Shown in pieces: positions 38,390 to 44,404 of a stretch of 56,233 bases of DNA. The notes below the pieces were generated by a model that was given only the letters and a program-made list of their open reading frames with translations, was not told where the DNA came from and made no database searches. The position numbers and the translations under genes were made by a program. Each line of letters starts with the position of its first letter. The stretch's first letter is position 1. The stretch covers positions 1-56,233 of the forward strand of contig CAKKPH010000085.1 of the NCBI GenBank assembly GCA_919901585.1, in the 5' to 3' direction. This DNA is from Thermodesulfovibrionales bacterium. Its GTDB lineage: Bacteria > Nitrospirota > Thermodesulfovibrionia > Thermodesulfovibrionales > UBA9159.

Positions 38390-38782
38390 CTATTCATATA
38401 GCCTGGGGGCAAAGGTAGGCGGCGGGAAGGCTGCTCCGCCTATAGTGCCATCCTGAAACACAAGGGCGCCCATTTTTTCCCATCCTGAAACTATTGCATC
38501 CTGGTAAACCTTTTCTATTTCAGGAATGGCAGCCTCGGGTATATACGTTCCTGTACCAATTCCAAAGGTCTTCAGACTCTGCTGCGATTTGCTATCCACA
38601 GGTGTTATGGTGAGGCTGTGTCCGTAACGTGCGATCACCTGGAAAACCTCCCTCTGGCCTGAAGATGCTGTTATCATAACGGATATGAGCATAGAGACCG
38701 CTATCGCTATCCCAAGAGAGGTATATATGGTCCTCATCTTCCTTTTTCTTACCTCTTTCATAGCGATCATGTAAAGCTTCAT
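38390..38782 (-). CDS. N-terminal part (TM1 plus start of periplasmic domain) of the same interrupted MacB-like permease
   Basis: 130 aa starting MKLYMIAMKEVRKRKMRTIYTSLGIAIAV..., the typical FtsX-family N-terminus. It ends at TAG (38392-38390). The two fragments plus the linker total about 404 codons, the same size as the three intact permeases in this window. Confidence 0.7.
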   Translation of the reverse strand: MKLYMIAMKEVRKRKMRTIYTSLGIAIAVSMLISVMITASSGQREVFQVIARYGHSLTITPVDSKSQQSLKTFGIGTGTYIPEAAIPEIEKVYQDAIVSGWEKMGALVFQDGTIGGAAFPPPTFAPRLYE

Positions 38783-38800
38783 AGCATCCCCCTCAATGTA

Positions 38801-39478
38801 CTATTCTGAGAAAACTCCGTCTTTCATCTTATATATTTTATCAGTCATTGCTGCAAGCTCAAGGCTGTGTGTGACGAGCAGGAAAGTGATCTGATCCTTC
38901 TCATTCGCATCAGAAAAAAAGTCCATTACTTCAGATTCTGTCTCTGCATCCAGATCACCTGTAGGCTCGTCAGCAATGATAATAGAGGGTTTGTTAATAA
39001 ATGCCCGCGCGATCGCAACCCTCCTTTGCTGCCCCCCGGATAATTCTGATGGAAATGAATTCATCTTGTCTGACATCCCCATAGCTGACAAAATCTCTTC
39101 AGCATAATCATAAATTTCCTTCCTGTTCCCTTTCTTTTTAAAAATTACCGGGAGCACAACATTGTCAATCGTACGGAGGGTCGGTATAAGACTCGCAAAT
39201 TGGAAAATAAAACCAAACCTTTCGTTCCTTACAGTAGACAGGTTACTGTCGTTTAATTTCCATATGTCTGTATTGTCAATATAAACAGTTCCTTTAGTCG
39301 GCTCTGTTAATCCGCCGATAATACTTAGGAGCGTAGTCTTTCCTGAGCCTGAATGGCCCACTATGGAAATAAAACTGCCCTTTTCTATTTCGAGGTTCAC
39401 GGAACGTAGTGCTTCAATCTTCTGGCCGCCTACATCATAGACCTTCCATAGATCTTTTATAACTATTAAATTTCCCAT
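38801..39478 (-). CDS. ABC transporter ATP-binding protein (MacB/LolD-like)
   Basis: 225 aa with Walker A GHSGSGKTT, signature LSGGQQRRVAIARA and Walker B IIADEPTGDLD. Confidence 0.92.
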   Translation of the reverse strand: MGNLIVIKDLWKVYDVGGQKIEALRSVNLEIEKGSFISIVGHSGSGKTTLLSIIGGLTEPTKGTVYIDNTDIWKLNDSNLSTVRNERFGFIFQFASLIPTLRTIDNVVLPVIFKKKGNRKEIYDYAEEILSAMGMSDKMNSFPSELSGGQQRRVAIARAFINKPSIIIADEPTGDLDAETESEVMDFFSDANEKDQITFLLVTHSLELAAMTDKIYKMKDGVFSE

Positions 39479-40711
39479 CTATTCACCGGTACGTATCGCA
39501 TCATAGGGATGCAGTTTGCTGCCCTTGAGTGCAGGATAAAAGGTCCCTGCTATTCCGACAAGGATTGCTACACAGATCGATCCAAGAGCAATAAAAACTA
39601 TAGAATCAACTGAGGGCCATATATACGGCATATTGAGGGCCTTAAGGTTGAATATAATCGTCCTCTGATATATACGCATGATGGCTATACCAAAGACCAC
39701 ACCCAGAAATCCCCCCAGGCCTGTAAGGAGGGTTGCCTCATACAAGATCAATCTGAATATAGATGCCTTTCTTGCTCCGAGTGCCCTTAAAAGACCTAAT
39801 TCTCTCTTCCTTTCATTGATAATTGTCGAAAAAATGGCGCCTATCATCAGAGTATTTGCAATAATCAGCACTCCACTAAGTATAATTGTACTGCTAAAAA
39901 GTGTAACAAGGTTCTGCCTGACGGACGTTATTATATTGCCGGCAGTTATTACCTTCACACCGGGATCTTTGCTGATGGTAAAAGAGATATACGGCAGTTT
40001 AGCTCCGACTTCTAACTGAATCAGGGCGGCTGATATCTCGCCTCTCACGAGTTTTAAGGGGACAACGCCTTTAATGTTTTGGGATTCCTCTGCCATGGAA
40101 TAGGCCTTCTCTATATTTATGAATATAGCATTGTCATAAAGGCCGATCCCTGTCCTGCCGAGCTTGCCGTAAACCCTAAGGGTCTGGCCATAAAAAAAGA
40201 CCTTATCCCCCACATTATAGGTATTTAATCCTCCGATTATCGCATCATCAATCTGGAGAGGACCTTCGAGTTTGTCTTCAAGCCACGGCATTACGGTAAA
40301 GTCACTCTGCGGGTCAAAACCGATAATAAATGCGTTGCCGATAACGCAGCAGTCACCTTCTACACTCGTAAGGAAGAGCTGAGGAGACACTTTTCTTACT
40401 CCCTTTACTGACGATATTGTCTGCATTAACCCTCTATTCATATAAAAGACCGAAGGCTCACCGGTCAGAAGGGCAGACTTCATGCTTATCATCGAACCTT
40501 TGGGCACAACGAGGAGGTCTGCACCGAATTTTGACAGACCTTTCTTCAGGCTGCTATTGACCCCCCACATCAGTGTAGAAGTGGAAAAAATAGCTCCGCT
40601 CACAATGGCTATTGCGAGAACCAGTGCTGAAGTCCTAAAGGTTCTGCGCATTAGGTTCTGAGAAGCCAGGTATATAAGTGACAGCTTATCGCTTATTTGT
40701 TTATCTGTCAT
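39479..40711 (-). CDS. ABC transporter permease, FtsX/MacB-like
   Basis: 410 aa with an N-terminal TM helix, a periplasmic domain, and a C-terminal FtsX module containing RELGLLRALGARKASIF. Its stop abuts the ATPase start. Confidence 0.88.
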   Translation of the reverse strand: MTDKQISDKLSLIYLASQNLMRRTFRTSALVLAIAIVSGAIFSTSTLMWGVNSSLKKGLSKFGADLLVVPKGSMISMKSALLTGEPSVFYMNRGLMQTISSVKGVRKVSPQLFLTSVEGDCCVIGNAFIIGFDPQSDFTVMPWLEDKLEGPLQIDDAIIGGLNTYNVGDKVFFYGQTLRVYGKLGRTGIGLYDNAIFINIEKAYSMAEESQNIKGVVPLKLVRGEISAALIQLEVGAKLPYISFTISKDPGVKVITAGNIITSVRQNLVTLFSSTIILSGVLIIANTLMIGAIFSTIINERKRELGLLRALGARKASIFRLILYEATLLTGLGGFLGVVFGIAIMRIYQRTIIFNLKALNMPYIWPSVDSIVFIALGSICVAILVGIAGTFYPALKGSKLHPYDAIRTGE

Positions 40712-40720
40712 ATCAAGTTA

Positions 40721-40761
40721 CTCTGCCCCCGTATTTGAAGGAGGTGAACCAGGGGGCAGAG
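40721..40761 (-). promoter_or_regulatory. Perfect 10-bp stem / 21-nt loop hairpin between the TcDH-like gene and the ABC permease; the loop carries an anti-SD-like UCACCUCCUU
   Basis: CTCTGCCCCC (40721-40730) and GGGGGCAGAG (40752-40761) are exact reverse complements. On the mRNA strand the hairpin ends 9 nt before the permease ATG, and no SD is present there. Confidence 0.5.
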
Positions 40762-40783
40762 TAAGCGTAAGATATTTACACGA

Positions 40784-42256
40784 TCACGTAGTGGTGCTGC
40801 GACTTATCGCCAGCTCTTTCAGGCTTCTCGGCACTATAACACTGTCATGATGTCCTGCGCCGCTCGGGAGGAAACCTATAAGCTTATCACTCTTCACATC
40901 TATTATAAACATACCTGATACTGTTTTTTGGTATCCGCTAAAGACTCCGAGGAGATGTTTGCCGTCGCCTGTCACACCCATTGTATGGACGTCTGGTCCG
41001 ATCTCTATCTCCTTTATAACCTCCCATTTAACAGCATCTATCACTGCAACACTGTTAGGAGTCGGAGATGGCCACCACAAGGCAACATAGACCTTTTTTG
41101 CATCAGGAGTGAATCCCATATGGAAGGTCTGAGGGTAAGTTCCTCTCCATTCCGGTTTCGTTACAACAGCTTTCTGCTTCCAGTTCATAGGATTTGATTG
41201 GTCGGTTGAATCATACACATATATGGCATTCTCCATTACCGCACCCATGAAGAGGAAGTGTTTCCCGTCAGGCGAAAACCCTGCCTGATGACCATAGTTC
41301 TCTACTTTTGCTACGGAGATCTCCCAGGTGTCTTTATCGATTTTCTTGAGTGCCTGCATCGGCTTGTTTCTGGCTGAGTACATAGCTGCAACAGGCTCAT
41401 AATTGGCCGTGTCAAAGACTACTGAGACACCTGATGTCCTGAGTGCAGCTACTGCCCATTTGCCCCTTGGGTCAAAGAGGACTGCGTCAAGTCCGCATAC
41501 ATTCGTTGCCCTCGGACCTGAAACCTTGCCCTCAACGAGAAAATTCTCTCCGCCGGGAACGAGTTCCCAATCAATCTTGATACCCTTTAGGCCTTTGTAG
41601 TCATATTTACCTGTCTTCGGGTCAGGGTGCAATTTCTTTACTATGAGTTTGCCCCCACCGCTCCATGCCTCTTTTACATTCTTGATATTAGGTATCCAGT
41701 CAAAGAAAACAGCTGCGTCAACCTTTGATGTTTCCCTATCGAATACACCAAAAATGTCCTTCTGCCCGTCTGAAACAGTAAACTTCTTTGCATCGTGTGA
41801 GATAGTCACATGGACTCCTATGCCGAGTCCGGTTGTCTCTGCAACATCCTCAATGAGATTCATCTTTGTACCGTCGTACTTAACCCTGTAGATATGAAAA
41901 CCCTCGGCGGGTTCTTTGACTTTAGTGGGAATACCGTAAATATAGAGGTTTTTTCCTCCCTGCGAATTCACAATAAACTCAAAACCCTTATAGGGGTCTT
42001 CAGATGGGAATGCAGCTATATGATGGATAATCGGATTTGTGTCACCATAGTTAACAAAAGAAATCCATGCAAGGGTTCTCCCTGTTGACATATCGTGAGC
42101 TGCAACAGTCCCGGCAAATTTCCCAGGCAAAAGGAAAATATATTTTCCTATTTTCTCGTAAACATCATTTAACGACGCACCCTGCGAAGCTGCCGGCAGA
42201 CTAAATATGGAAAGCAAAATAAAAAGAGCAACAATCTTTTTCTTACAGTGCTGCAT
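40784..42256 (-). CDS. Secreted beta-propeller copper enzyme, thiocyanate dehydrogenase (TcDH)-like
   Basis: 490 aa with a Sec signal peptide (AAS|QGA region) and repeated propeller-blade patterns. K46, H78-H79, H149, E231, D257, H323, F378-H379, H424 and H470 reproduce the spacing of the TcDH active-site residues as I remember them (K103, H135/H136, H206, E288, D314, H381, F436/H437, H482, H528). A strong AGGAGGT SD is present. Confidence 0.7.
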   Translation of the reverse strand: MQHCKKKIVALFILLSIFSLPAASQGASLNDVYEKIGKYIFLLPGKFAGTVAAHDMSTGRTLAWISFVNYGDTNPIIHHIAAFPSEDPYKGFEFIVNSQGGKNLYIYGIPTKVKEPAEGFHIYRVKYDGTKMNLIEDVAETTGLGIGVHVTISHDAKKFTVSDGQKDIFGVFDRETSKVDAAVFFDWIPNIKNVKEAWSGGGKLIVKKLHPDPKTGKYDYKGLKGIKIDWELVPGGENFLVEGKVSGPRATNVCGLDAVLFDPRGKWAVAALRTSGVSVVFDTANYEPVAAMYSARNKPMQALKKIDKDTWEISVAKVENYGHQAGFSPDGKHFLFMGAVMENAIYVYDSTDQSNPMNWKQKAVVTKPEWRGTYPQTFHMGFTPDAKKVYVALWWPSPTPNSVAVIDAVKWEVIKEIEIGPDVHTMGVTGDGKHLLGVFSGYQKTVSGMFIIDVKSDKLIGFLPSGAGHHDSVIVPRSLKELAISRSTTT

Positions 42257-42356
42257 TTCGTTACCTCCTACATTGTTATTTAAAATCTCCGTACAACATT
42301 GCTGACCTGATTTTTTTCACCTCCCTTGAGCCTATGTGATCTGGCCTTTTATATAA

Positions 42357-42372
42357 TGCAATTTGGGTGCCA
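42357..42372 (-). promoter_or_regulatory. Sigma-54 (-24/-12) promoter upstream of the TcDH-like gene
   Basis: The reverse complement is TGGCACCCAAATTGCA, an exact TGGCAC-N5-TTGC, about 100 nt upstream of the ATG at 42256. A sigma-54-dependent activator is encoded 0.8 kb away. Confidence 0.8.
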
Positions 42373-42623
42373 TTCATTATTTCAGAAAATATTTTTGAAC
42401 TGTATTCTCTTGAATCTGGTTCATTGTCAAGCTGAAGCCTGTAACCTGTTGTAATTTAAAGGGCCTCTTCCGGCAGTTCTCCTTTCTGCCTTGCGCTGCG
42501 GTACGTGTCTATGCCTTAACAGCACAAGACCGGGCATTTTTTAACTTTTCAGGTTTTCATTTTGAAACGCCCTGCTTTCCATTCTGGAAACAAATGAAAC
42601 TACGGATTTACTGAAAGGGCTTG

Positions 42624-42917
42624 CTATAATCTCTCCAGATGGGGGTGACAACGCCGGCAATCAAGGTGAGGACAACCCTTGAAAGGCTCCTTCATCAGGT
42701 TAGAATGTATTGACTCAATCCAGAGTTTTTTCAGCAGATCAAGGTTGAATGTACGGGATGTATGGCATGAGATTGTCCTCTCATGACACTCGCTGCAGAG
42801 ACGGTATGTTTTCACAGTACTGCTGCTTAATAAAACAGTTGAGAAGCCTATTGCGATAAAAGCAACCAGTAGGCTTGTCAGGATTAAATGCCTCCGGCTT
42901 GTCTTGAACATATGCAT
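42624..42917 (-). CDS. Small membrane-anchored dihaem cytochrome c
   Basis: 97 aa with an N-terminal TM helix (LILTSLLVAFIAIGFSTVLL) and two CxxCH motifs (CSECH, CRRCH). It has its own sigma-54 promoter. The SD is weak. Confidence 0.55.
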   Translation of the reverse strand: MHMFKTSRRHLILTSLLVAFIAIGFSTVLLSSSTVKTYRLCSECHERTISCHTSRTFNLDLLKKLWIESIHSNLMKEPFKGCPHLDCRRCHPHLERL

Positions 42918-42945
42918 AGTATTTCACGGTACATGCCTTTCATAG

Positions 42946-42961
42946 AGCAATTTGGGTGCCA
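42946..42961 (-). promoter_or_regulatory. Second sigma-54 (-24/-12) promoter, upstream of the dihaem cytochrome gene
   Basis: The reverse complement is TGGCACCCAAATTGCT. The 15-nt core is identical to the first promoter, and the flanks are also similar (about 45-nt duplicated cassette). Confidence 0.75.
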
Positions 42962-43018
42962 TACTTTCTTTGAAAAACAGCTGGACATAAAACCGGGGAT
43001 TATCGCTGAACAGATATG

Positions 43019-44404
43019 TCAGGAAGCCCGTGACCTTAAGGAACAGAGGTCAATATTATACTCCTTCATTTTTCTCCAGAGGGTAGTCCGTCCGATTTTC
43101 AGCTCCCGGCATACCTCAGCAAGATTGTGAGGGTGCCTTTCGATGCTCTGGATTATTATTTTTTTCTCCCACTCGTCAAAATCCATGGGTCTGTTTTCAG
43201 AAGCAGCTTGTTTCGAAGCAGGACAGGAGACCTTTGAAAGGGGAAACGGCATGCTATCAGAACTGATCATGCCCGAATCAGTCAGAGCGACTGCATAACA
43301 GATTATGTTATAAAGCTCCCTGACATTGCCGGGATAATCATAGGCACAGATCCTCTCGATAACGCCTGGGGCAAAACCGGTAATTTTTTCACCTTTTTTG
43401 CCGCCACTGCATTCTGACAGAAACTTCTGAGCCAGAAAAGGTATATCTTCCTTATGCTCTCTGAGCGGAGGCATATTAATATGCAATACATTTATCCTGT
43501 AATAGAGGTCTTCCCGGAACTCATGCTTTTGTACAGACTCCAGAAGATCGGCGTTTGTAGCAGCAAGCACCCTAACGTCCACAGGAATCCCGTGGTCACT
43601 GCCGACCTTTCTGATAATCTTATCCTGCAGTACGCCGAGCAGCTTAGCCTGAAGGGGTTTAGGTATTGACCCTATCTCATCGAGCAGTATGCTTCCCCCG
43701 TTGGCAGCCTCAAAGAGACCTTTCCTTCCCATTATGGCACTGGTAAAAGCACCTCTTGTATGCCCGAACACTTCGCTCTCAAAGAGGTTTTCGGGTATAG
43801 ATGTGCAATTCACCGATATGAAGGGCCCCTTTGCCCTTGAGCTGTTCAAGTGAATTGCCCTGGCAAGAAGATTCTTACCGGTGCCGGTCTCTCCTGTTAT
43901 GAGAACCGGAAAGTCATTGCCGGCAATCTTGCGGAGACGAGCCTTTACATCCATCATCAAAGGACTCTTTCCTACAATCATTGAAAGGCCTTCATCTTCA
44001 GCAGCAATGTCATAGAGCATCCTGCTCATCTCAGCATCTGTTTCAGCTGTCTGAATAGCCTTTTTTGCCCTGTGCAGTATCTCGTCATATTCAAACGGCT
44101 TGGTTATATAATCATAAGCACCCATTTTCATCGCAATAACCGCCGATTCAATAGTCCCGTACCCCGTCATTATTATTACCGGTGTCTTCCGGCCTTTGTT
44201 CTTTATATGTTCGAGCAGACCTATGCCGTCCATGCCGTCCATGCGGAGATCGGTAATCACCAGATCTATATTGTTGCAGTTCATTTGTTTAACAGCGTTT
44301 TCTCCGCCGTCAGCCTGAAATATCTGATAGCCCTCTCTCCTGAAAAGGATCGAGAGGCTTTTTCTCATCCCTTCTTCATCATCTACTATTAGTATTGACG
44401 ACAT
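43019..44404 (-). CDS. Sigma-54-dependent (NtrC-family) response regulator
   Basis: 461 aa with a receiver domain (ILIVDDEEGMRKSL, DLRMDGMDG) and an AAA+ sigma-54 interaction domain (GETGTGKN, a GAFTSA variant of the GAFTGA loop). It ends in a C-terminal Fis-type HTH. Confidence 0.93.
   Translation of the reverse strand: MSSILIVDDEEGMRKSLSILFRREGYQIFQADGGENAVKQMNCNNIDLVITDLRMDGMDGIGLLEHIKNKGRKTPVIIMTGYGTIESAVIAMKMGAYDYITKPFEYDEILHRAKKAIQTAETDAEMSRMLYDIAAEDEGLSMIVGKSPLMMDVKARLRKIAGNDFPVLITGETGTGKNLLARAIHLNSSRAKGPFISVNCTSIPENLFESEVFGHTRGAFTSAIMGRKGLFEAANGGSILLDEIGSIPKPLQAKLLGVLQDKIIRKVGSDHGIPVDVRVLAATNADLLESVQKHEFREDLYYRINVLHINMPPLREHKEDIPFLAQKFLSECSGGKKGEKITGFAPGVIERICAYDYPGNVRELYNIICYAVALTDSGMISSDSMPFPLSKVSCPASKQAASENRPMDFDEWEKKIIIQSIERHPHNLAEVCRELKIGRTTLWRKMKEYNIDLCSLRSRAS

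Noticed and set aside
38390-38392. In-frame TAG decoded as pyrrolysine
   Set aside because: There are no pylTSBCD-like genes in the window and nothing else suggests amber recoding. A nonsense mutation or sequencing error is more parsimonious. I kept the TAG as a finding, but the Pyl explanation is not supported.
40731-40751. Strong + strand Shine-Dalgarno-like GAAGGAGGTGA as the start of an unannotated + strand gene
   Set aside because: There is no ATG, GTG or TTG at suitable spacing and no + strand ORF follows. The sequence is better explained as the loop of the minus-strand hairpin.
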